From the NCBI RefSeq assembly GCF_006345805.1, contig NC_043012.1, positions 55,924,001 to 55,988,000 of the forward strand: 64,000 nucleotides of DNA. The letters are read 5' to 3'. The translations under genes were made by a program, and so were the position numbers. The notes beneath the pieces are model-generated. The model was not told the DNA's origin. It ran no database searches and worked only from the letters and a program-made list of their open reading frames with translations. The stretch is from Octopus sinensis. Lineage: Eukaryota. Positions 13,112-25,273 of the stretch are shown in pieces (the stretch's first letter is position 1; each line of letters begins with the position of its first letter).

Positions 13112-13436
13112 CCAGGGCGGATTAAGACCCATAGGGGCCATAAGCACTTAAAAGATTTTGGTGCCCTCAAGTATGTATAATTCAAAATATAAACAATAAT
13201 AAACCCTAAAATAGGTTTTTATTTTTCAAAATGAAACAAACCTAACTAGAAGATGACGAATAAGGTTTATTTTTGTATATTTCCACTTTTACTGTTTTAC
13301 TTGTTTCAGTCATTTGACTGTGGCCATGCTGGAGCACCGCCTTTAGTCGAGCAAATCGACTTATTCTTTATACATAAACACACCAGCGATGTTGGGGGTG
13401 GGGAGGGACAAACTCAGACACACAAACATACACACA

Positions 13437-13502
<66 letters not shown>

Positions 13503-13950
13503 ACATACATACATACATACATACATACATACTACGGGCTTCTTCCAGTCTACGAAATCCACTCACAAGGCTTTGGTCGGCCCGAGGTTATAGTAGAAGA
13601 CACTTGCCCAAGGTGCCACACAGTGGGATTGAACCTGGAACCATGTAGTTGATAAGCAAGCTACTTACCACACTGCCACTCCTGTGCCTATTATTTATAT
13701 TTATTGTATTTTAAAAGTTTTCCCCTGCTTTTTTTTAATTGCAAGCTCTTTGATCACATCCTCAAACATTGATCTTACGCAACACATCTGTTCCCATATT
13801 TTGTAGAGATAAGTTATCCCGAATATTATTTTAGCAAGTTTAAAGTGATTTCTTCCGTGCCGTTAACCATTTACCATTTCTGTAGTGCCCCCGCTTCCCT
13901 TGATGCCTTAAGCACATGCTTATTTTGCTTAATGGTAAATTCAGCGCTGA
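13112..13950. mobile_element. Possible hAT-like MITE interrupted by a SINE
   Basis: cagggcggattaag start and ttaatggtaaattcagcgctg end; no clear TSD. Confidence 0.35.
13286..13688 (-). mobile_element. SINE family A (internal deletion)
   Basis: Collinear with the other copies. Confidence 0.88.
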
Positions 13951-14465
13951 GCGTGTCGTAGCCATCAATAGCTGTTGGCTTCTTTTATTTGAAAGATTCT
14001 GAGACTATCAACCCATGAGATTCCCTTCTGCAGCTGAAAGCAATTCATTTTCAGATTAGTGAACTGAAACAACCTGAAATGAAGCACTATCCGAAAAACA
14101 CAACTACCCGTTCAGACAGAAAATTGATCCCACGATCTTACGCACATGAGTCCAACAGCCTAACAACTAGGCTACACGCCTTGAATCGTAAAACAATTTA
14201 AATAATGACGTGGGGCGTTTTATCACTCACTACATTAGTTACGTCACTGACACGTGATATACTGGAATCGATTCAGGCAAACTTACCCTTCACCGGTGAC
14301 GAAAAAAAGTCAGTCAGTACTACTAGGCATTAATTAACTAATTGATTATACTTAGAGTTATGAGCCCACAGTGTCAAATTTAGGAAAATAATTTAGGATG
14401 TAGTGATGTTTATTCTTTTCTTTCTTGACTATCATAACTTTGATGTTATTGTTATTTAGTACAAG

Positions 14466-15370
14466 TAAAGGCGGCGAGCTGACAGAATCGACGCTGCTCC
14501 GGACAAAATGCTTTGCGATACTTCGTCCGTCTTTGCGTTCTGAGTTCAAATTCCTCCGAGATCGACTTTGTCTTTCATCCTTTCGGGGTCGATTAATTAA
14601 ATACCTATTTCTTTACTGCCCACAAGGGGCTAAACATAGAGGGGACAAACAAGGACAGACATAGGTATTAAGTCGATTACATCGAGCCCAGTGCGTAACT
14701 GGTACTTAATTTATCGACCCCGAAAGGATGAAAGGCAAAGTCGACCTCGGCGGAATTTGAACTCAGAACGTAACGACAGACGAAATACGGCTACGTATTT
14801 CGCCCGGCGTGCTAACGTCTCTGCCAGCTCGCCGCCTTACCACTCAAGCACTGGGGTCGATGTAATCTTAATCATCTCCCTTCAAATTTCAGACCTTGTG
14901 TCTATAGTTGAAAGGTTATTTAGTTCAGGTAAGGCGGCGAGCTGGCAGAAACGTTAGCAAGCCGGGCGAAATGCTTTGTGGTATTTCTTCCGCCGCTGCG
15001 TTCTGAGTTCAAATACCGCCGAGGTCCACTTTGCCTTTCATCCTTTCGGGGTCGATAAATTAAGTACCAGTTACGCACTGGGGTCGATGTAATCGACTTA
15101 ATCCCTTTGTCTGTCCTTGTTTGTCCCCTCTATGTTTAGCCCCTTGCGGGCGATAAAGAAATAAGAATCCTTACCGCGCTGAACTAAATGCTTGACAGCA
15201 TTTCTTACGGCTCTTTACGTTCGGGTTTCAAATTCCCGCGAAGTCGACTTTGCTTTTCATCATTTAAGGGTTGATAAAATAAAGTACCAGTCAAGCACTG
15301 GGGTCATTATGATCGACTACCCCCATCTCCAAAATTTCAGGCCTTGCGCTTATATAAGAAAGGGTTATTT
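14466..15370. mobile_element. Cluster of about five family-B SINEs in alternating orientation
   Basis: Head ggcggcgagctggcagaaacgttagc, B box gagttcaaattcc, central gcctttcatcctttcggggtcgataaattaagtaccag (resembles the Meta/Sauria-type central domain as recalled), tail gccccttgtgggcaataaagaaata. Confidence 0.9.
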
Positions 15371-15407
15371 AGTCCAGGTCAATTCTGATCGAACATAATA
15401 TTATCCT

Positions 15408-15652
15408 CTGCTTGTTTCAGTCACCAAATTGTGGCCATGCTGTGGCACCACCTTGAAGAATTTTTGTCGAATGAATCGATTCCAGTATTTATTATTATGT
15501 AAAACCTGGTACTTGTTGCATCGGTCGGTTTTGCTGAACCGCCTTGGTCGGCCCAAGACTATAGTAAAAGACACTTGCCCAAGATGCCACGCAGTGGGAC
15601 TGAACCAGGAATTGTGTGGTTGGGAAGCAAACATCTTACCACACAGCCACAC
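15408..15652 (-). mobile_element. SINE family A (central deletion)
   Basis: Tail and head joined, microsatellite missing. Confidence 0.8.
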
Positions 15653-16481
15653 CCCAGGTATATGTTGACCTCACGACCATAGTGCAGTGAGTTCGACTCC
15701 TTAATCGAGCAATGTGTTGTGTCCTTGAGCAAGATACTTCATTTCACATTGTTACAATTGACTCACTTGAAAATGAGTACCAGTCGAGTGTTGCTGCCGC
15801 CATCTCTCTCCATCCAACTGTCATATCCTGGGTGTTTCACTGGTTCAAAGGCACGAGGGCCGACAGGGCTCATTTTTGAGAAGCGAGACGCATGAAATAT
15901 AAATTATTCTCAGGTGCGCTACACTAATAAAATAATTCCAGATAATCTTTCGCTGGCGTACTATTCAGAATGTCCCGCGGGCCACAGTTTGTCGATTCTA
16001 TTACCAAATTAGACAGAATAGTGGGAAGGAGATTTGGTTGTTATTTCTAGCTAATCAAACGATCACGCAGAAGCAACCTCATTAGCTTCATAGAGTCTCT
16101 TTCGTTCGCTCGTAAGCCATCGTTACCTTTGTTTGTTTTGATGGGGTAAATTTAAGCGTTTCTGAGATCCCTCGAGAGTCGTATCACCCGATGCTCATCT
16201 TCAGGTAAGGTTGCTTATTGTAATGCAGAGATGTGATAAGTTCCAGAACGTTCGCAGCAAGCGAGGTAGTGGTGGTGTTTGGTTTAGGTGGCGGTGGTCA
16301 TGGTGAAATTATGGAATGTCAAAACTACTATTCTGTTTCGTATAACGCATTATATTTTGGCTACACACATACACACAAAAAAAATACAATACCTACACAG
16401 ACAGAATTTGTGAATGCCAATTCGCTTTAAATAATTCTTCAAGAAATTAAAAAGTTTTTGTTTTTTTAATGATTCATCCTC

Positions 16482-16820
16482 TTACTCTTTTTGACTCTTT
16501 TACTCGTTTCAATCATTTGACTGCGGCCATGCTGGAGCACCGCCTTTTAGTCGAGCAAATCGACCCCCAAGGCTTATTCTTTGTAAGCCTAGTACTTATT
16601 CTATCGGTCTCTTTTGCCGAATGGCTAAGTTACGGGGACGTAAACACACCAGCATCGGTTGTCAAGCGATGTTGGGGGGACAAACACAGATACACCCACA
16701 CACACACACATATATATATATGTATGTATATATATATATATATATATATATACGACAGGCTTGAACCCGAAAACATGTGGTTGGTAAGCAAACTACTTAC
16801 CACACTGCCACTCCTGCGCC
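16482..16820 (-). mobile_element. SINE family A
   Basis: Tail half intact, head half partly deleted. Confidence 0.88.
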
Positions 16821-17299
16821 TATATTATGTAAATATCTTTTGTCTGTTATTCAACGCAACGACATTTTCTTTCTTTTTTTTTTTCTTTTTTTGTCAACGT
16901 TAAATATTTTGTATTTGGAATTTTGCACAGACGTCTGTTCTGTCAACCAAACAAAATATTCCTTTGCTACAGCCTTAATCCAATAGTCGTACGGCAAATA
17001 GATAGTTGTTCCAATATGTATCATAAATTTCTGTCTAGTTCAAAAACAGATTGTCTATCTAGTCATCAGTTGTTTATCATGTCGAGTTATTTGGGTGTGA
17101 GGGTCGGGACAAATAAAGAGTGTAACGCACCCTCCCGGCGATGGGCCTTGATCAAGGAACTTCACTGTACTACTTGTAGGATTTTTGTTATCTATCTCTG
17201 TGTGATATCTGCACTTGGGTGCATCACACATTTCTCTACAATGTTGTAAAAAGGAATAAAACGGCAGGAACACGAATAGCTGAACAAATAACAACAATA

Positions 17300-18250
17300 G
17301 TTTATTACTTTCTCAGAAGGAGATACTTCATCGCTGGTCATCGGAAACATGAACGCCTGGGTGAGGAAGGCAGCAGAGTCGGATTAAATCACCATGGTTA
17401 AAACAGTCTTCACCGCCCGCGGAGTCTGGTTCGCCCCTTCGCTCGGAGCCTCGTCGGGATACGTCTTAATTCATCGACCGCCAAAGAGCCAAGAGGCTTG
17501 GAATTGCGGGAAAGCCTAACTGCTCCTGATTACTGCGCATGCGCATCAGGGACTTCCGGCGGCCTACCGGAAGACACCAAACATTGCACATGCGCAGATG
17601 GACATCCCAAAATGACGTCTAAAACCTGGCGTCTCTACATACTCATTAATATCTACCAGAAAGCAACGTACATCGGCTGAAATCATACCACAGCAGAACA
17701 GCGGCTAATTTGCATCCAAGGGAATATTGTGAATCTTATTGTGTGTCAGGTATCTCTTAATGATGCAGATCACCTCGTAATGAACCACTGGCTACCTCGA
17801 TCGCAGGATGGGGCGGTATGTACAATAAACTACGAAATTGGCGAAGCCTGTGTAGTGATACTATAACGGCGCGCGCTCGCGCACCGTCCATTTGTATTTC
17901 GCGCGTGTTGGTGCCTTTACCAAGGCAGAGAGAGGAAGGGCCCTCTCGCGCATGCGCGAACCACCGGAAGCACGACCCTGGCCAAGGCAGGGGGATCGTA
18001 GAACGTTTGACCACTAGCAGCAGCAAGCGGTGACTTGGGACAGCAGCGATTGAAGGAGACGGTCACGCATATTTTCTCTCCGTTCGAACTTGCTTCTAGC
18101 AGTCCTTACCAAAAGGCCTTTAACCTGGATTGTTGCAGACATCATCTTCCCTGTTCGACGCCATCTTGAACCCGTTCTGGTTTTAGCGGCTGAATATTGT
18201 AAATATTACAATCGATTAACTTTCAGCTTTGCGCGCCCCGAACCAAGGAC
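17300..18250. promoter_or_regulatory. CpG-island-like housekeeping promoter, possibly bidirectional
   Basis: Local CpG/GC enrichment; NRF1-type TGCGCATGCGCA 17534-17545, TGCACATGCGCA 17585-17596, GCGCATGCGC 17948-17957; ETS ACTTCCGG 17552-17559, ACCGGAAG 17566-17573 and 17963-17970; CRE-like TGACGTC 17613-17619; octamer ATTTGCAT 17708-17715; YY1 CGCCATCTTG 18159-18168. Confidence 0.75.
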
Positions 18251-18819
18251 ATCAGATAACCACTTATTGTTATTGTTACCAAGAAAGAGAATAAAGTAGT
18301 ATATATATATTTTACGTCTGCGTCTTGTTGTTTCTGACTGGTAGAGTCTGGATATAAAAGCAACGGCTTAGTGATTGCTTTCTTGTACCCCGAAAGTACA
18401 AGACAAGATATTCACACTCACATATTCGTTACACCTGTATCAGTTAGATTTCGAATGTAAATTTTGAGCTGTGGGAGATGCCATGAAAACAATAACATTT
18501 TATGGAGTACAGTGTGGAAATCTAGGTCTGGGTCTGTTAGGTTTATCTTCCTCTGTTCAGCTCGTTTTCGTAGGTCTATTGTTCTTTAGCTCTCCGTTCG
18601 TTTTAGATGAAACAGACCCCAGGCGCAGATTAACTATCAAATAATATAAGATCGTGTTAAGAGCAACAAGAGAATCAGAATATCGAAGAGTTTTTCCAGT
18701 ATTAGTTTTACCATTTTGCAAATAGTAAACTAAATTAGTTTTTGTTTTGTTTTTTGATTATTTTTTTTTTTTAGAAATAAGAAAACTTTGAAACATTGCA
18801 CTTTTCCTGTTTTTTTTTC

Positions 18820-19128
18820 TTTTATGTTTCAATCATCTGACTGCGGCCATGCTGGAGCACCGCCTTTAGTCGAGCAAATCGACCCCAGGACTTAATCTTT
18901 GTAAGCCTAGTACTTATTCTATCGGTGTCTCTTGCCGAACCGCTAAGTGACGGGGACGTAAACACACCAGCATCGGTCGTCAAGCGATGTTGGGAGGACA
19001 AACACAGAGGCACAAACGTATACATAGATATATATACACGACAGGATTCTTTCAGTTTCCGTCAACCAAATCCACTCACAAGGCTTTGGTCGGCCCGAGG
19101 CTGTAGTAGAAGACACTTGCCTAAGGCT
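18820..19128 (-). mobile_element. SINE family A (head truncated)
   Basis: Collinear with the other copies. Confidence 0.88.
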
Positions 19129-19240
19129 CCTTAAATAAATTTGATTAAAGTAAAAGTTACAGTTTTATATGACATAATAAATGATCTGGCCACGTCGATG
19201 GTCTAGAAGAAAACTGAATTTTTAATCTATTATTTCACAT

Positions 19241-19302
19241 TCAGCACTTAGATTGTCTCGTCAGCACTTAGATTGTCTCGTCAGCACTTAGATTGTCTCG
19301 TC
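19241..19302. repeat. Perfect 20-bp tandem repeat x3
   Basis: (tcagcacttagattgtctcg)3. Confidence 0.97.
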
Positions 19303-19884
19303 TATTTCCCGAAGGGGGCACATTGTGACGACGTAAAAGAAAAGCAACCAATATTTATGTCACTGCAGTAGACGTATCATTTCTGACAAGGTTACAGTGT
19401 CCTTTATGTTATTTATTTTCAATATTATGGCAATGTTCACGACTTGGTGAAACAGTTGAGACTGCTCACTTGCAATGTTTTTTCTTCATATTCTGGCAAA
19501 AAAACCCACATTGTTTTGTCATTTTAAACCTCCAATGCAACGAAGAAAAATTATATAATTTTTTTACCAGAAATATGACACAAACGATGCTAAAAAAACT
19601 AATCTTTGGCAATATGACAGTATGCTAATAATAACTGAACAGAATGTTTTTATTCATGTTTTACAAGATGTACCTAATTCGTTTTGAAGACAGGAAACTC
19701 ATGATATCCTAAAGCATCAACCCATGATATCCTGAAGCATCTTATAACAATAATAGGAGTTAGTGCACTCATCCATTCTCACACAGCATTTGCTAACATT
19801 GAACATTTTTATGCAGGTTTTCCAAGATGTACTTAAACCATTTCTTTGTGTAAGAAAGAGAATTGTTCATATATTTTTTCAAAC

Positions 19885-20202
19885 TCTTTTACTCTTTTAC
19901 TTGTTTCAGTCATTTGACTGCGGCCATGCAGTCAAATCGACCCCAGGACTTATTCTTTGGAAGCCTAGTACTTATTCTAGTACTTATCACAGGCATAACA
20001 TGTGATCTCTTGAGCACCACCAGCAAAAATATTTTTTCCTCTGTCTTCCCTTCTTGGGATCTTTCCTTCTCCTTGTTTCCGACGAAGAGTTCCGCTCGAA
20101 ACGTTAAACCCTCCTTCCCTTCTTTCCTGAGCGTCAATAATACTTAATTGTTCCACGTCCTCGCGTTGCTGTGTTTTTTTCTGTGATTTCTTGTTTGGAT
20201 TA

Positions 20203-20241
<39 letters not shown>

Positions 20242-20385
20242 GACTGGCTTCTTTCAGTTTCCGTCTACCAAATCCACTCACAAGGCTTTGGTCGGCCCGA
20301 GGCTATAGCAGAAGGTGCCACGCAGTGGGACTGAACCCGGAACCATATGGTTGGTAAGCAAGCTACTTACCACACAGCCACTCCA
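19885..20385 (-). mobile_element. SINE family A split by a Penelope-like element
   Basis: Tail 19885-19985, head 20240-20385. Confidence 0.8.
19998..20205 (+). mobile_element. Penelope-like short element (subfamily 2) with hammerhead-like motif 20075-20109, inside a SINE-A copy
   Basis: GTTT CCGACGA A GAGT tcc GCTC GAAAC GTT AAAC; 3' end abuts (TA)n. Confidence 0.65.
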
Positions 20386-20387
20386 AC

Positions 20388-21661
20388 CACAGGGTCGACT
20401 AAAATGTTCATAGGCTGACCAAGATACTCTCATGAAATGTGGCCGAGTGAGGTTTTACTTTCCAACATAGTCCCCTTTGCAGTTCATACACTTCTTCCAT
20501 CGGTGTTGCAGCCCTTGGATATCATTCGCGCGGATCAAAATGATCACCAACAAAAGATAGGACGTCATCATCACTGCAACACTGGTTCCCAGCCAACTGC
20601 TTTTTCATGTTGGGAAACAGATGATGGTCAGATGGGGCCAAATCAGGAGAATAGGGACGATGATCAACCTGTTCAAAGACATTGAAACCAAGAGCTTGTG
20701 TGCTGGAGCATTGTTCTGATGAAAGAAGACACCTTTCATCAGTTTTCCCGGGCTTTTTGTTCTTGACAGCCTTTTATAACTACTTCAACGAGTTGACATC
20801 GAAGCCTCCATTGATGGTGTGGTCTTTGTGAAAATGCTCGATGCACACAATGCCTTTTGCATCCCCCAAAACTGAGGCCATTATCTTCCCTGCAGAGGAA
20901 ACAACATTGACCGTCTTTGCAGCAAGTGAAGAGAGGTGTTTCCACTGCATGGATTATCTCTTTTTGTCTCTGGTTCGAAGTGATGAACCCCAACACTCAT
21001 CCTCACTTAGGAAACGTTCAAGAAAACCAACTGGATCTGCTTCAAACAATGTCACACTTTTCCGTGATGTGATCAGCCTGGTGCGCTTTTAGCTAGGTGT
21101 CAGAAGACGTGGCACGCAACGAGCAATAAACCTTCCTCATTCCAAAGTTCATTATGCAGAATATTCTCGACTTTCTCATGGGATATGTGTGCTATTAGCA
21201 CTGGCTATTTGATTTATTGATTTATCGTCAATTGCCTGTCATCCATCACTATGTGATAAACACGATCAATGTTTTTCTTGTTGGTGACAATTTTAGGACG
21301 TCCAGACTTTGGCTAATCTTCAAAACACTCCCTTCCTCTCATACATTCAGCTGTCTACTTCTGAACTGCTGCTAAAGCTGGAGCGTCAACCCCTAATGTA
21401 GCAACCATGTCAGTATAAATAATCTTCGGGGTTAGACCCTTTTCTGCAGGGACTTGACAACACCACGATGTAAAATTTTGTCCATTTTCAAGAGAAGTCG
21501 GTACAAGTTACTTTCGAAGTGTTCTATGAATACTCAGATACCAGTTTACCTGGAAAGAGACAATGAGTTATTAATAAGAAGTATTGAAATGAATGCAAGA
21601 TTTCACTGTTCTAACATCATTCCTTCATAGTCAGCCTATGAAATTTGAGCCCACCTTCATA
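20388..21661 (-). mobile_element. Full-length decayed mariner DNA transposon (~1.27 kb) with pseudogenised transposase
   Basis: Degenerate TIRs (agggtcgactaaaatgttcataggctgac / gtcagcctatgaaatttgagcccaccttcata). Minus-strand translation gives DECWVHHFEPETK, SMQWKH, AGKIMASV, FHQNNAPAH and PYSPDLAPSD, with stops and frameshifts. Confidence 0.92.
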
Positions 21662-21858
21662 TCTGGAGTAAATATACCCGTTCTGTCCAGGGACGAAGGG
21701 AAGATGCCCGATGGGGGCAATCCTTTTTTTTTTTTTTTTTTTTTTTAGTGGGGAGAAGGCTAGAGGTTGTTACCTCAACTGGAACACTGCTATTTATCGA
21801 CAGCTTCGTTCCATCACACACCCTAATGCTACTGCGCTAACCGAACAGAATAAGATCA

Positions 21859-22265
21859 AAGGCGGCGAGCTGGCAGAAACGTTAGCACGTCGGGCGAAAT
21901 GCTTAGCGGTATTTCGTCTGCCGTTACGTTCTGAGTTCAAATTCCGCCGAGGTCGACTTTGCCTTTCATCCCTTCGGGATCGATTAAATAAGTACCAGTT
22001 ACGCACTGGGGTCGATATAATCGACTCAATCCGTTTGTCTGTCCTTGTTTGTTCTCTCTGTGTTTAGCCCCTTGTGGGTAGTAAAGAAATTAGTATTTCG
22101 TCTGCCGTTACGTTCTGAGTTCAAATTCCGTCGAGGTCGACTTTGCCTTTCATCCTTTTGGGGTCGATAAATTAAGTACCAGTTGCGTACTGGAGTCGTT
22201 CTAATCGACTTAATGTCCTTGTTTGTCCCCTCTATGTTTAGCCCCTTGTGGGCAATAAAGAAATA
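21859..22265 (+). mobile_element. Tandem family-B SINEs (full plus 5'-truncated)
   Basis: Two near-identical direct copies. Confidence 0.9.
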
Positions 22266-22383
22266 AGAATAAGATTCTGAAATATAATTTGCTGTTGCAT
22301 TATGTTTTTCAACGTGCGTGAGTATATGCATGCGCGCGCACGTGAGTGAGTGTGTCAGCATGTAAATGCATAAATTCACATGT

Positions 22384-22706
22384 GAAGGCGAGTGGATTAG
22401 TAGTTAGGGTATTCAGCTCACGATTGTAACGTTGTGAGTTCGATTCCCGGTGGTGTGTTGTGTCCTTAAGCAAAACACTTCATTTCACGTTGCTCCAGTC
22501 CACTCAACTGGCAAAAATGAGTTGTACCTGTAGTTCAAAGGGCCGGCCTTGTCACATTTGATGTGTTACGCTGAATCTCCCTGAGAACCACGATAAGGGT
22601 ACGCATGTCTGTGGAGTGCTCAGCCGGTGCACGTTAATTTCATGAGCAGGCTGTTCCGTTGATCGGCTGAACTGGAACCTTCGTCGTAACCAAAGGAGTG
22701 CCAGTT
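22384..22706 (+). mobile_element. SINE family C (variant head)
   Basis: Shares body and tail with the 25470 copy. Confidence 0.85.
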
Positions 22707-22761
22707 GAGTTAAACATACTTATATACACATATAATTATGTATATATACATGTATATGCAT

Positions 22762-22813
<52 letters not shown>

Positions 22814-22859
22814 GATAGATATGTTTCTTTATTAGCCACACAGGCTGCACACAGACAGA

Positions 22860-23138
22860 ACAAATTACAAGGTAGAGCTTTTCTTTGGGGGTAAAAAAAG
22901 GGGGTTGGTTTTCGATCAAAAGGGATCGTAAAAGGAAGAAAGAGGACAAAAAAAGGGGAGGATTTTGGGGGGGGGAAAGGGGAGAGGAAAAAAAAGTTGA
23001 TCAATAGGGATCGTAATCACAGAAATGTCAATATGAAGTGTAAAGGGGAGGACAGATGAGGTTTACCCGTGGAAGGAAAAGCCTACGGAAAAGACCACGG
23101 TAACCTCGGTCAATGAAGTCACATGTTATATTTCTTAT

Positions 23139-23140
<2 letters not shown>
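22860..23140. repeat. Probable interspersed repeat between two (GATA)n tracts
   Basis: Purine-rich, flanked on both sides by (GATA)n; single copy in the window. Confidence 0.35.
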
Positions 23141-23216
<76 letters not shown>

Positions 23217-23404
23217 TGCGTATACATGCATGCATAATGACCTAGTCTAATCTATGCACACTGTTGCTTATATCCTTCCTGATAAGATTGAAGCATTGCT
23301 CTACATTATTCATCCTGTCGGATTTATTTTGAAAGCATCCATTCGAAACATGAAGATATAAATGATTTAAATGGCAAGCTTGAGCGTTACCTCCATTTTC
23401 AATT

Positions 23405-23457
<53 letters not shown>

Positions 23458-23477
23458 ATATATATTCTGTTCTTTCA

Positions 23478-23675
23478 ACATGTGATCTCTTGAGCACCAC
23501 CAGCAAAAAAAATTTTTTCCTCTGTCTTCCCTTCTCCTTTGTTTCCGACGAAGAGCTCCGCTCGAAACGTTAAACCCTCCTTCCCTTCTTTCCTGAGCGT
23601 CAAATAATACTTTAATTGTTCCACGTCCTCGCGTTGCTGTTTTTTTTTCTGTGTTTTCTTGTTTGGATTAACTAT
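23478..23675 (+). mobile_element. Penelope-like short element (subfamily 2) with hammerhead-like motif 23541-23575
   Basis: Near-identical to 19998-20205, including the 5' start aacatgtgatctcttgagc; (TA)n on both sides. Confidence 0.65.
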
Positions 23676-24456
23676 ATATATATATATATATATATATAGC
23701 GGGAGAAATTGATTAGTAAATAATATTATGAAATGTCGGAGTCAACAGTTGTAACGATCAAAAATTGTTGTTATAATTGCATACTGTAGGATGTGAAAGA
23801 TGATCAATGCATGAAGTTTTAAGGAAATATTTATTTACCGTTACATTACAATACCTTGCCTTGACGGGCAGGTTATGATAAATCCAAAAGCATGCGAAAG
23901 AAAGTTAGATGTGGTAGAATTTTTTGAATAGTTTGGCGTACACAAATTGTTAGTAGTAGTAATCCACAGACAGCGATAAAATGATGTAAGAGAACAGAAT
24001 TAGAGCTAGTGAGAGTTGTAGGGTGTTGTCTCACAGTTGCTGACAGTAAACTTCATTTCTCCCTCTGACCAAGGTTCTAGCTGGTCAGCCAGACTTCGTT
24101 GTCACCATAGTGACTAACTGGTTAAGTCGTCACCGACTGTGACTAACTCATTTTTGCTTGGGATATTCTTGCTTTTATAACTATCCAGAAGGATAGACAT
24201 ATGATTGGGAACAATAGATTTAGTTGGTGGTCTTGTTATCTCTATTCTAGCTTTTGGTGAAGCAGAAGAGGTTAGACAGGGTCAAGTGGTGAAGACATTA
24301 TTTCGGCCTAGCAAAAGGCATCTGGAAAATGTAAAACTGGTGTCAGAGAAAAACCATTGTTCCATCGTGGGAAAAGTTCTGTTGCAGTATTATTTAAATT
24401 TGGTTATGGTGGATCGAATCCACTTCATGCTTGCAAGATCCACTACATATATATAT

Positions 24457-24506
<50 letters not shown>

Positions 24507-24755
24507 ATGCGACAGAAGCAGTATTAGATTAAAATAGTGATCGATCTGTGAATCATACTTAATGTAAATACATCACGAAAAGCCAAATTTACCTTCTACC
24601 AGAACCCAGCAAATAACCCCACCACTTTTCCAATACTATTTCCTGTTATCTAACATATTGTTATAAACTTTCTCTATATATTGCAATTTATTTTCTTTTG
24701 TTTTATATTTTATGCTTCGTTCTTCTCTTTACAATCCTTCCATATTGCTATATAT

Positions 24756-24807
<52 letters not shown>

Positions 24808-24856
24808 AAAAGATATATATATATATATTGGAAGGTTTGGAGATGATGTACAGGAT

Positions 24857-25273
24857 TATATATTAGAAAAAATGAGTAATCAGATCGGATGGTTCATATT
24901 TATAGATATTTATTTATATATTACATTTTTTACATAATATCATATCATTCAGATCATATCATTCGGATTATTAGCGCTTTCTCCCAATCCAGTGGGGTTT
25001 TCAAATCAAATCATTCCTTTGTGGGGAATTAACATTTTTATAGTTTCGTAGTAGTGGGGAGGAATAAGACAGTATATTTCTCCCCCACTACTACGAACTA
25101 TAAAATGTTCAAATTCCCCACAAAGGAATGATTTGATTTGAAAACCCCACTGGATTGGGAGAAAGCGCTAATAATCCGAATGATATGATCTGAATGATAT
25201 GATATATATGTAAAAAATGTAATATATAAATAAATATCTATAAATATGAACCATCCGATCTTATTACCTCATT

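Noticed and set aside
16150-16212. Additional hammerhead (CTGAAGA...GAAAC on minus)
   Set aside because: Helix II is irregular and there is no proper helix I or NUH triplet.
17700-18100. snRNA/snoRNA gene suggested by the octamer motif
   Set aside because: No match to U1-U6, U11/U12, U3, 7SK, SRP or RNase P/MRP motifs as I recall them, and no clean C/D box pair.
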